NCBI GenBank assembly: GCA_963693365.1
Contig: CAVNZM010000005.1
Span: 10,377,728-10,441,727 of the forward strand
Origin: Amoebidium appalachense
Taxonomy: Eukaryota; Protista; Ichthyosporea
Direction of reading: 5' to 3'
Length of the DNA stretch: 64,000 nt
Shown: positions 28,913 to 39,968 of the stretch, piece by piece
Numbering within the stretch: position 1 is the stretch's first letter
Layout of the letters: the number at the start of each line of letters is the position of its first letter
Position numbers and translations under genes: made by a program
Notes under the pieces: model-generated
Databases searched by the model: none
Told to the model about the DNA's origin: nothing
What the model saw: only the letters and a program-made list of their open reading frames with translations

Positions 28913-31900
28913 CTATAATTTTGTAGTGATGTGTTTCTCAAGCCAATCAATACATCTAATAAACAGGTCGTAGTTACGCGTGTTTAGTATAAAATCAAGG
29001 ATGTTGTAATTTACAGGTAGGCTATCTTTCTGGGTGTCTGTTGTGAATGTGACGTGTGTGTGTTGCGGTATTATGTGGTCTATCAAACTACATTTGGCGA
29101 TACATGACCGGTTAAACTGGTGTGTGTGTGTGTTGTTTGGGCATGCAAATGATGCCACCTTATACTTATTAGATCTCCACTGTATAGCACGTGTACAGTA
29201 AAAGCGTGGTAATTGATCAATAATACCATCAGCTAGAGAAAGACCAGTTCTACAGGAAGGTAATATGTATTTAGGTGTTATACACTTGCGAGTGCCATAT
29301 TTGGCAATATGGTTGAGGCGGTCAGTATATATAAAACGAGACATAAGGCTTAGTTTTTCAAGGTGTATGCTTTCATCGGGTCTAGTGTCGTGTGGTATCT
29401 TTTTCCATTTGTTATATTGCGTGATTATCTTGTGATTGTGTACATGTTTAATAAGTAAGTGGCAGTCCAAAGTCACACACACACTATTGCGGGGTTTATT
29501 TGTATTTGTGCCCAGGGGAGAAGGGGAGAGAGAGGGGAGGAAAGAGGGGAGAGGTGAGGAGGGGACAGGTCGGATAGAGAAGAGAGGGTGGGAGGGCAAA
29601 TACTTCTTTAAGCGGCTTATGTGCTTATTGAATTTCAGCGCGAGATAGGATACTCTAGCAGCTATTGGGACCAGACCATATATCGAGAGCGTTACAGGCC
29701 CAGGTTTACAACAGTTGTTAGATAGAAAGGAGGCAACTTCTGCTTCAAGGAAATTTGCCAAGGGTTTAAGCGCTCTAGTTCTCTCTTTCTTGATCCAAGC
29801 GGCGAGAAGGGGTAAACCATATTCACATGCCGGGAAGACAAAAGTGCGAATAAATGTAAGTCTAATAGAAGGATGGAGGGGTGTGTCTTTAAAAATATTA
29901 GCCGAGAAGAAAGCTAACCGCTTACGAGCCAACTCTACCCTCTTTTCGACCATATGGGGAAACATAACACCAACAGAATCAACCGGAACACCAAGATATT
30001 TGTATTCTGGAACTATAGGTACAGGTTTAGATGATAATGTAAATGTGTGTAAATTGTTAGCTATATCAGGTACAAGAACACCACATTTGTCTATGTTAAG
30101 GATCATAAGGTTTGCCTTGCACCACTCTGACACTACATCGAACAATCTTTGCAGGCGTCTAGGGGTACGGGCAAGGAGGGACAGATCATCAGCATAGAGA
30201 AGTGCAGGCGGAAAGTTATTAATAGGGTCATCGTTTTCGGCGTAAATCTTGACAGCCAAATCATCTATAAATAGGTTAAACAAAAAGGGGCTAAGCAATG
30301 AACCCTGCAAGAGACCTCTAGTACGAGCAAAACCATATGAAAGATGCCCATTAACCACAGCTCTACCATAGGTTTGAGACAAGAGTGCTTCTAACAGAAC
30401 ACCAATGCAGTGTGGTACACCCCGTGCAGCACGCTTTTCCCATAGGAGACCAGGGGAGACAGAATCGTAAGCAGTTTTCCAATCAATAAAGCCAACATAT
30501 TGTGCACCAACTTGCATAGAATCGTGCAGTGCCATTATTTGAACATAACATGAATTGTTTTTACGAAAAGCGGATTGGCATGGGTGTATGTGAAGAATAG
30601 ATTGAAACCTAGGGTGATGTGCAAATAACCTAAGTAAGCAAGCTTCAAAGAATCTACGAACAACCTGGGTTAGTGTAATGGGGCGAAAGGATGATATGGG
30701 GCCCTCAGAGTCCTTCTTAACTATGGGGATCACTAAGGTATCTAACCAAGATGACGGGACATGTCCACATTTAACACACCAAGAAAAGAGAGAGCTTAAC
30801 ATGATAGTAAGATCAGGTTTAATAGCACGATCACTTTCCTTTTGTGGGTAGGAGGGAACAAGGATTTTAAGAAACCCAGCAGGGAGTCCATCAGGTCCAC
30901 AAGACTTACTAGAGCTATAACTAGATATCACAGACCATATGGCATCGGGACTGAAAAAGGGGAGGATCGATTCTATGGGGATAGATGGGTCTACAGGCCA
31001 CACAATAGGTTTCTGAGCGGGGGTCCTATCTTTAAACAGTTCCGAGAAATACTTATCAGAGTCTATGAGGGGGTCTCCAGTGGTATCACCAATAATACGA
31101 GCAGGGGGGCCAAATCGATTCATACTAGCAAGCCGGCGCAAGCTTTCCTTTTGAGACAGGGGTTCACCTAGTCTAGCGGGAGTGGTGTTTGGTAACAAGA
31201 GAGCATCGGGATATTCCTTCCTACCACCGCCAGCATAATCACCGAGATCTATCAAATCATCAACAATAAAGTTAGTGCATGTATCTAGTACGAGATGTGA
31301 ATCTGGCCTGGCTTGTGCAGATTCTAATAGGCGCATATATATAGGGTGTTTCGTAGCATAGCATACACATACATCAACTCTACCCCACTGTGACTTAAGC
31401 TGGGATAGACGGAGGCGAAAGGTGGGAGGGGGAGGGGGGAGCAGATCAAGGGAGATCTTAGGTAGGAAAAGGATAGGAGAGTGGTCAGATGACCTAGAGA
31501 GGTTAGGAGGGAGAGAGAGTTTTGACATGGTTGATGGCCAAAAGGCCACTCCCCAGTCGGTGTTGTGGGCATGGGATATTTGAGGGAACCGCAAAGTGTG
31601 ACTTTGGACATACCTTGCTAAAGGGATAGCACGCTCCGGGGGCTTAGATGGGTACCCGACACTCACTTGCAGTGTGTCTGTGTGGTGGAGTCGCGTGTTA
31701 AAATCACCTAAAATAACAGTGGACATTGGTAACTGTGACAACTCGTGAGTCAATTCGACAACCGACATAGATGGTGGGTAATATACAAAAGTAAAAACAT
31801 TAGAAAGAAACTCTATAGAAACCGAGAATTCCGTTTTTGCTACCGGTTTGCACTTCACTCTCACGTGTGGTGCGGCAAGTACAATAATGCCTCGGTTTTT

Positions 31901-32107
31901 CGCGTAACCGGGGTGTGTGGATGTGTCGACCAATGTAGAGTTGAATTTGTGGTGGTTTTTAAACTGTGTTTCGCAAATCACTGTAAACGTGTGGTTGTTT
32001 GTCTGTTGTTGTATGTAGCTGATTTTATCGTCGAGTGTCCCGGGGGGGAGGCCCTTTTGGGGGCCCAGTGTCCGAGCATTCCAGAAGAAGAAGGATAAAT
32101 TAGGCAT
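28913..32107 (-). CDS. LINE ORF2: APE endonuclease + reverse transcriptase (1064 aa)
   Basis: APE motifs WNARTL, ICET, VYYPP, ILGDFN, SDHSPI. RT motifs KSCGPDGLP, FRPITL, QSAFR, FIDWKTAYDSV, GLLQGSLLSPFLFNLFIDDL, LYADD, YKYLG. Confidence 0.95.
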   Translation of the reverse strand: MPNLSFFFWNARTLGPQKGLPPGTLDDKISYIQQQTNNHTFTVICETQFKNHHKFNSTLVDTSTHPGYAKNRGIIVLAAPHVRVKCKPVAKTEFSVSIEFLSNVFTFVYYPPSMSVVELTHELSQLPMSTVILGDFNTRLHHTDTLQVSVGYPSKPPERAIPLARYVQSHTLRFPQISHAHNTDWGVAFWPSTMSKLSLPPNLSRSSDHSPILFLPKISLDLLPPPPPTFRLRLSQLKSQWGRVDVCVCYATKHPIYMRLLESAQARPDSHLVLDTCTNFIVDDLIDLGDYAGGGRKEYPDALLLPNTTPARLGEPLSQKESLRRLASMNRFGPPARIIGDTTGDPLIDSDKYFSELFKDRTPAQKPIVWPVDPSIPIESILPFFSPDAIWSVISSYSSSKSCGPDGLPAGFLKILVPSYPQKESDRAIKPDLTIMLSSLFSWCVKCGHVPSSWLDTLVIPIVKKDSEGPISSFRPITLTQVVRRFFEACLLRLFAHHPRFQSILHIHPCQSAFRKNNSCYVQIMALHDSMQVGAQYVGFIDWKTAYDSVSPGLLWEKRAARGVPHCIGVLLEALLSQTYGRAVVNGHLSYGFARTRGLLQGSLLSPFLFNLFIDDLAVKIYAENDDPINNFPPALLYADDLSLLARTPRRLQRLFDVVSEWCKANLMILNIDKCGVLVPDIANNLHTFTLSSKPVPIVPEYKYLGVPVDSVGVMFPHMVEKRVELARKRLAFFSANIFKDTPLHPSIRLTFIRTFVFPACEYGLPLLAAWIKKERTRALKPLANFLEAEVASFLSNNCCKPGPVTLSIYGLVPIAARVSYLALKFNKHISRLKKYLPSHPLFSIRPVPSSPLPSFLPSLSPSPLGTNTNKPRNSVCVTLDCHLLIKHVHNHKIITQYNKWKKIPHDTRPDESIHLEKLSLMSRFIYTDRLNHIAKYGTRKCITPKYILPSCRTGLSLADGIIDQLPRFYCTRAIQWRSNKYKVASFACPNNTHTHQFNRSCIAKCSLIDHIIPQHTHVTFTTDTQKDSLPVNYNILDFILNTRNYDLFIRCIDWLEKHITTKL

Positions 32108-32149
32108 CGGTTTGGTCCGACACCTGTGGGGTTGGTTCCCACTTGTCGC

Positions 32150-33073
32150 TTACGGGGTCGTATGCACGACCTTCCGCCAGCGCGAACAGTTCGCAGAAGA
32201 GCTCGATTTCCATCTCGCATCGGCGTTTGCGCTCGAGCAGTTCTCACCAGAAAACATTGGTTCCTTCGTGTCCGTGTCTATCACGCTCGTAGCATCGTTT
32301 TCCAACTTTGCGAGGAACTCTTTTGCCTTGCTGATGCGTACACGACAACGTGTGGCGCACGCATTCTTAGCAGACACTTTACGTTCTTTGTCTGCTTTCT
32401 GAATGTTTTCCGGCGCGCATGGGTCGTAGCTTGGGAGGTGGGTGAAGAAGCTTCCACACCCCTTTGTCGCGTCACGGATGAACGCACGGTTATAGTCGCC
32501 CCGTACTGCTACTTCCAGCACATCGTATCCAATGAAGGACAGACAAAGGATGCGAGAGCACCGGAAGCCGAGAGCCTTGAAGATGGACCACATGGCCCTG
32601 TGTGGGCGTCTGCCGTGCTTGACTTTGAAATACACCCTCTCGTATTTGGGTGGGATGTTGATGTTACCGTTTGCTTGGGTGTTCCCCTTAGCCGGCGGTT
32701 TGGGAGGGGAGTTGCGGCGGTACTCGTTGCCTGCAAGAATGCTGGCATATGTTTCCTTGGCAATTTGGCGGAGCTCGGGTGTTTTACGAGAGTTCGCATA
32801 TTCTAGGAACTCTGCCGGGAGCTGTGCTTCCGGTCCTGTGTTGTTTTGTGTTGGGGTGGAAATGTCTCCGTCGCGAGATGTTTGCTCATGAGTTTTGGGG
32901 TTTTGCGATCCACTAATGTTTAGCTGGGCTGTGAGTGAATCAATGGTGAGCTTGAGTTGGGTATTTTCTGTTTGGAGTTTTTCTATCATGTTCTTGAGTG
33001 GTAACAGCTCATTTAGCTGTTTCTTAACGAGGGCAAGTTCTGCCAGTACTGTATCAACCGAAAGTTTCGGCAT
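32150..33073 (-). CDS. LINE ORF1 (307 aa; N-terminal coiled coil, probable nucleic-acid-binding domain)
   Basis: Open ORF 42 nt upstream of ORF2 on the same strand. Heptad-rich N-terminus (LAELALVKKQLNEL..IEKLQTENTQLKLTIDSL) and a basic C-terminal half. Confidence 0.85.
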   Translation of the reverse strand: MPKLSVDTVLAELALVKKQLNELLPLKNMIEKLQTENTQLKLTIDSLTAQLNISGSQNPKTHEQTSRDGDISTPTQNNTGPEAQLPAEFLEYANSRKTPELRQIAKETYASILAGNEYRRNSPPKPPAKGNTQANGNINIPPKYERVYFKVKHGRRPHRAMWSIFKALGFRCSRILCLSFIGYDVLEVAVRGDYNRAFIRDATKGCGSFFTHLPSYDPCAPENIQKADKERKVSAKNACATRCRVRISKAKEFLAKLENDATSVIDTDTKEPMFSGENCSSANADARWKSSSSANCSRWRKVVHTTP

Positions 33074-33317
33074 GGTTGTTATTGTGTTTCTACGGAGTAT
33101 ATATTAATATATAGTTCGGAAGCACTGTTATACATATTCAAATTTGGCAACAAGGCTGGGCCAGATTAATAGTCGACACGTGGAAGGTTTCCACAAACTC
33201 AATTACTTTATGCAAGAAACGAATCCGTATTCACAGCATGATGATATGGCCCATAATGCCATGCAGTGCTGTGTGAGACAGTTTCAGTGACACGGTGTTC
33301 AATGTGTCAGCGTGTTC

Positions 33318-33519
<202 letters not shown>

Positions 33520-33704
33520 GAGTCTCGCTGTGTGTGTGTGTGTGCGCGCGCGCGCGTGTGTGTGTGTTCGCGGTGTGGCTTTGTCTGTGTGTATACACCG
33601 CGTGTGTTCGTGTGTGTGTTGTTCATGTGTGTGTCAGACGCGTGATGATCATGAGCGCGCCCGCGCCTGGGTGCGTGTGCCCGTGTGCATGTGTCTTTCT
33701 GTGT

Positions 33705-36409
33705 GTATGTCCAAAGTCACACTTTGCGGTTCCCTCAAATATCCCATGCCCACAACACCGACTGGGGAGTGGCCTTTTGGCCATCAACCATGTCAAAACT
33801 CTCTCTCCCTCCTAACCTCTCTAGGTCATCTGACCACTCTCCTATCCTTTTCCTACCTAAGATCTCCCTTGATCTGCTCCCCCCTCCCCCTCCCACCTTT
33901 CGCCTCCGTCTATCCCAGCTTAAGTCACAGTGGGGTAGAGTTGATGTATGTGTATGCTATGCTACGAAACACCCTATATATATGCGCCTATTAGAATCTG
34001 CACAAGCCAGGCCAGATTCACATCTCGTACTAGATACATGCACTAACTTTATTGTTGATGATTTGATAGATCTCGGTGATTATGCTGGCGGTGGTAGGAA
34101 GGAATATCCCGATGCTCTCTTGTTACCAAACACCACTCCCGCTAGACTAGGTGAACCCCTGTCTCAAAAGGAAAGCTTGCGCCGGCTTGCTAGTATGAAT
34201 CGATTTGGCCCCCCTGCTCGTATTATTGGTGATACCACTGGAGACCCCCTCATAGACTCTGATAAGTATTTCTCGGAACTGTTTAAAGATAGGACCCCCG
34301 CTCAGAAACCTATTGGGTGGCCTGTAGACCCATCTATCCCCATAGAATCGATCCTCCCCTTTTTCAGTCCCGATGCCATATGGTCTGTGATATCTAGTTA
34401 TAGCTCTAGTAAGTCTTGTGGACCTGATGGACTCCCTGCTGGGTTTCTTAAAATCCTTGTTCCCTCCTACCCACAAAAGGAAAGTGATCGTGCTATTAAA
34501 CCTGATCTTACTATCATGTTAAGCTCTCTCTTTTCTTGGTGTGTTAAATGTGGACATGTCCCGTCATCTTGGTTAGATACCTTAGTGATCCCCATAGTTA
34601 AGAAGGACTCTGAGGGCCCCATATCATCCTTTCGCCCCATTACACTAACCCAGGTTGTTCGTAGATTCTTTGAAGCTTGCTTACTTAGGTTATTTGCACA
34701 TCACCCTAGGTTTCAATCTATTCTTCACATACACCCATGCCAATCCGCTTTTCGTAAAAACAATTCATGTTATGTTCAAATAATGGCACTGCACGATTCT
34801 ATGCAAGTTGGTGCACAATATGTTGGCTTTATTGATTGGAAAACTGCTTACGATTCTGTCTCCCCTGGTCTCCTATGGGAAAAGCTTGCTGCACGGGGTG
34901 TACCACACTGCATTGGTGTTCTGTTAGAAGCACTCTTGTCTCAAACCTATGGTAGAGCTGTGGTTAATGGGCATCTTTCATATGGTTTTGCTCGTACTAG
35001 AGGTCTCTTGCAGGGTTCATTGCTTAGCCCCTTTTTGTTTAACCTATTTATAGATGATTTGGCTGTCAAGATTTACGCCGAAAACGATGACCCTATTAAT
35101 AACTTTCCGCCTGCACTTCTCTATGCTGATGATCTGTCCCTCCTTGCCCGTACCCCTAGACGCCTGCAAAGATTGTTCGATGTAGTGTCAGAGTGGTGCA
35201 AGGCAAACCTTATGATCCTTAACATAGACAAATGTGGTGTTCTTGTACCTGATATAGCTAACAATTTACACACATTTACATTATCATCTAAACCTGTACC
35301 TATAGTTCCAGAATACAAATATCTTGGTGTTCCGGTTGATTCTGTTGGTGTTATGTTTCCCCATATGGTCGAAAAGAGGGTAGAGTTGGCTCGTAAGCGG
35401 TTAGCTTTCTTCTCGGCTAATATTTTTAAAGACACACCCCTCCATCCTTCTATTAGACTTACATTTATTCGCACTTTTGTCTTCCCGGCATGTGAATATG
35501 GTTTACCCCTTCTCGCCGCTTGGATCAAGAAAGAGAGAACTAGAGCGCTTAAACCCTTGGCAAATTTCCTTGAAGCAGAAGTTGCCTCCTTTCTATCTAA
35601 CAACTGTTGTAAACCTGGGCCTGTAACGCTCTCGATATATGGTCTGGTCCCAATAGCTGCTAGAGTATCCTATCTCGCGCTGAAATTCAATAAGCACATA
35701 AGCCGCTTAAAGAAGTATTTGCCCTCCCACCCTCTCTTCTCTATCCGACCTGTCCCCTCCTCACCTCTCCCCTCTTTCCTCCCCTCTCTCTCCCCTTCTC
35801 CCCTGGGCACAAATACAAATAAACCCCGCAATAGTGTGTGTGTGACTTTGGACTGCCACTTACTTATTAAACATGTACACAATCACAAGATAATCACGCA
35901 ATATAACAAATGGAAAAAGATACCACACGACACTAGACCCGATGAAAGCATACACCTTGAAAAACTAAGCCTTATGTCTCGTTTTATATATACTGACCGC
36001 CTCAACCATATTGCCAAATATGGCACTCGCAAGTGTATAACACCTAAATACATATTACCTTCCTGTAGAACTGGTCTTTCTCTAGCTGATGGTATTATTG
36101 ATCAATTACCACGCTTTTACTGTACACGTGCTATACAGTGGAGATCTAATAAGTATAAGGTGGCATCATTTGCATGCCCAAACAACACACACACACACCA
36201 GTTTAACCGGTCATGTATCGCCAAATGTAGTTTGATAGACCACATAATACCGCAACACACACACGTCACATTCACAACAGACACCCAGAAAGATAGCCTA
36301 CCTGTAAATTACAACACCCTTGATTTTATACTAAACACGCGTAACTACGACCTGTTTATTAGATGTATTGATTGGCTTGAGAAACACATCACTACAAAAT
36401 TATAGCGCA

Positions 36410-36482
<73 letters not shown>

Positions 36483-36514
36483 CCAGCTGATACCGAGTGT
36501 CCCGAGGGGAGCCC

Positions 36515-36561
<47 letters not shown>

Positions 36562-36756
36562 GGGGAACCCCAACTAATTGATTTCTCCTTGTAGTCTTTA
36601 TGGTGTCTCGTAGAGAAAGTAAACCCTGATATATAGTCACCACCCGACATCTATGTACGTGATCATGATATACCGCTGAGGGGATATTCCGAGCAAAACC
36701 CCCCCCCCCATACCTGAGACTGGTTCTCTTTGCCTCGAGTAAACAGCGTAAACCCC
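33705..36756 (+). mobile_element. 5'-truncated copy of the same LINE, inverted, with 10-bp TSD
   Basis: Near-identical to the reverse complement of 28559-31613, with the RT frame open to the stop at 36405. TSD GTGTGTATGT at 33701-33710 and 36757-36766; GTATGT microhomology at the 5' junction. Confidence 0.93.
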
Positions 36757-37060
36757 GTGTGTATGTGTGTTATACTGAACTATTAATGTGTGGCACGTAG
36801 GCCCCGGGCCATCTACGTTTTTGGCAATCAGCCACGTGCCACTGGCCGTGACTTGTGAGTCACAGTGTGCGCACGCATAGAATTCGTGGGAGTGTGGGTG
36901 GGTTATAATTACTCAGGCAGGGGAACCGAGGGCTGATCGGGAGACCCGGGGGATACCGATGACCCCCGGGGGGCGTGGGGGTGGGGATACCGGTAGGGGG
37001 GTGCACGTGGGGGGTTGGGGGATGAGGTGTGTGTGTGTGACACTGTGGGTGTGTGTGTGT

Positions 37061-37129
<69 letters not shown>

Positions 37130-37657
37130 CGGCCAGTAACCCTTATATACTGCTGTATGCAGGGACGTGATCCCAATCCGCGGACTGACGGATGTGTGCG
37201 TGTTGGAATTTTTGTCTCGTGTGCGCCGAAGGTGCATGAATGTCATCACTTTGGCGTACTGTTTCGGTACGAAACACCCCATAAGCATTGAATGCTCGAG
37301 GGGTACCGGTCACGGTATATTTACGTTGTGTACATACATGTGCGTGCCAGTGTGTGTGGTGGGGGCTAGCAACACGTGCACCTGGATCCTCCCGTGGACT
37401 AAGCACACACAAACACACAATTTGACACACAAACACTCACGCACACATGCACACGCACACACACCGTGACACACGCACACACACAGAGAAGGAGGGGCCG
37501 GGGGGGGGGGGGGGGGGGGGGGGGTGGAGGCTTTAATTTGTATTTTTTCAACGGTTATGATTGAATATGTGCCCCTTAATTATAATCTTTTCCCCACTTT
37601 TGGACCCGATTGCAGGCCACTCCCCCCTCCACGGTCCCCGCGCAACACACACGCTAG

Positions 37658-37743
37658 ACTCAGACTTGCAAAGTTTCAACACATGTCCATACACGCATAC
37701 CTATGCGCGTATGTACATGTGTTGAAACTTTGCAAGTTTGAGT
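37658..37743. repeat. 86-nt near-perfect inverted repeat (hairpin)
   Basis: ACTCAGACTTGCAAAGTTTCAACACATGT pairs with ACATGTGTTGAAACTTTGCAAGTTTGAGT (one G-T pair). Pairing continues inward through CATAC/GTATG and CGCATA/TATGCG. Confidence 0.85.
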
Positions 37744-38819
37744 GCACAACAGTGTGTCACTCGAGCTCAGAGACTCGCTGACGGTTGAGCAGGCAGTTGA
37801 GCTGGAGACTCAAAGAGTTTGAGATCCGAGTGGCACCGGCACCGACACACAGACACATGCAGTGAGTGTGACACTTGAAAACAGTTATATAAATAATCGT
37901 TACCTCGATCTTCACCCATTCACGGTCAATAAGTTGAAAACGCGACTAACTATTAGGAGCTCTCCAGGTGCGTGACTCGCACACATGTGGGAAAAGGTAA
38001 CGAAGGAATCATAAACTTGGAATTTTCCTCGTACAACTTGGCCCACGATAAAGTTTTGAACGATGTGAGCATTTTGTCACGGCGCTCTATTTTGTTCCTA
38101 TTCGTCCAGACGTCACCATGGGCCGGCGCGCGATTAGCTCCTTATAAAATCCAAAAGACGTTTTTATTGGCTTATAAACCGAGCCTGCGCGGAGAGAAAA
38201 GCAGTGACGCACTGACTCCGACTGCGCTCAAAAGCTTCTTAATAAAAAGAAAAATGCAGCTAAAGACCATATAATTCTCCTTTACATACTGAAATAACCA
38301 CAAATAATAACGAGCTTGTTATCATAGCAAGCTTTTGATTGCGGTAAATAAAATCAATCACCTATCGTTTGAGAAGATCTTTTGCATCGCTCGAGGGGGG
38401 TAAGGAAATCCTAAGTGATGCGCTTCAAATGTTTGATTCGCAGCTAAGGACCGGGATTTTGGTGCTTGCTTGCTCCTTTTTGTAAGGAGCTGGGTAAATC
38501 TCCTGTTAACAATTAGTTTTCTTTCATCATCGAGTCAACCTCGCAGTTGTATTATACCTATGCGGCCATTTATGGACCTCACGGGGCCAACATTGGAGAG
38601 GGTAGTGATGTGCAGTAGATCCGCACGAGAACTGTAAAGCCGCTAACAAGGTGCACAATCCAAAACTTTAGATCCTGAACTTTGGTTGAAGATTGTTGAC
38701 GTAGCCCATAAAACCTGCTATACCAGGTGTAGAAAAACTACTTCAGTGGGGACAGGTGGAGTAGCCTCCGTTTCTTTGCAGCGGGAGAACGTTGCATCGG
38801 GCAACAAGATCTAAGCAAG

Positions 38820-39789
38820 ATGGCCGAAAAACCAGATAAGGGCCCTGACAAGAAGGAGGCAAAGGTGATACGAAAGCCATCTGCACAGGAGAGAAGCATA
38901 GCGACTGAAATTTGTAAGTATAGTGTGAGCAGACACCATATTCTTCGGCAGTCATGTTTTGATCTCCCCCCCCCCCCCCCCCCCCCCTCCCCCTCTGCCC
39001 CTTCGTCCCCTCCCCTTCTGGATCTTCCCCAGCTCTCTCTCACCCGCTTCTCATTTCCCATGTTATCTAAGATTCGTGCATTGAAGCACATATTATACAT
39101 ATCAGTCTTCTCCATGATAAAAGCAAAGGTAAAGTACCCCTCGTGATATGTTAGTTCAAGCTCTTCTGACTCGTCTCTCCATTATCTACCCCTTCCCCCT
39201 CCATCAGACTTCTATGACTACTATTGGGATCTATTGACCTACCTGGGCCAGCGCAAGAAGCGGCTTGAGATGTTTCAGGGATCCGTCAGAGAAAACAAGG
39301 TGGGTGTCATATTACCCGGACTCTTAGGGTCTGTTAGGCTCCTCTTCGCCTAAACTATCTTCTCCCATATCCCCCCACCTCCCCCCCACTCTCCAAACAC
39401 GACACACACACACCTCCCCCCCTTCCCCCCCCCCCCCCCCCCCCCCCCCCTCCCCCCCCGCTCGAAGAATCCTTCTGTATTAAAGGAGAATGGCTTCTTG
39501 CTCTTCTTATATGGACTGGGTAGCATCGTTGTTGTATACAAGCACGTGAATCTCTTATTTTTATCATCGTGAGAAGCCTAGTAATCATCCATATGTCCGT
39601 GCATCTTGCTTGGTTCTTTTCCTCCCTGCACGCAGTCAGTTGTGCGCAAGGAAAAGTTTTAGACGGGTCCAGAGGGATGGCGGATAGCGTTCTTACAACA
39701 GAAAACACGCTTGAGTGTTTGTGAGGAGGTGTGCGTGCCGCCTTTTTCAGCAGTGTTTAAGTGCGCACACATGGCAATGTCCAACAAAC

Positions 39790-39820
<31 letters not shown>

Positions 39821-39830
39821 GACACACACA

Positions 39831-39863
<33 letters not shown>

Positions 39864-39927
39864 CCATACGCACGCACACGACTCACGTGCATGCACACAC
39901 GCAAGCACATTAACACACGTGTTACTT

Positions 39928-39968
<41 letters not shown>

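Larger units (their letters stand above)
28559..33106 (-). mobile_element. Apparently full-length non-LTR retrotransposon (LINE; ORF1 + APE-RT ORF2)
   Basis: Two intact tandem ORFs, plus a ~350-nt 3' region shared with the second copy. The 5' boundary is uncertain; a low-complexity ATATATA TSD is possible at 33107-33113 and ~28550-28556. Confidence 0.9.

Noticed and set aside
33685-33790. 906-aa ORF as an independent RT gene with its own start
   Set aside because: The listed start is a GTG in flanking microsatellite. The ORF is a 5'-truncated LINE copy lacking most of the endonuclease.
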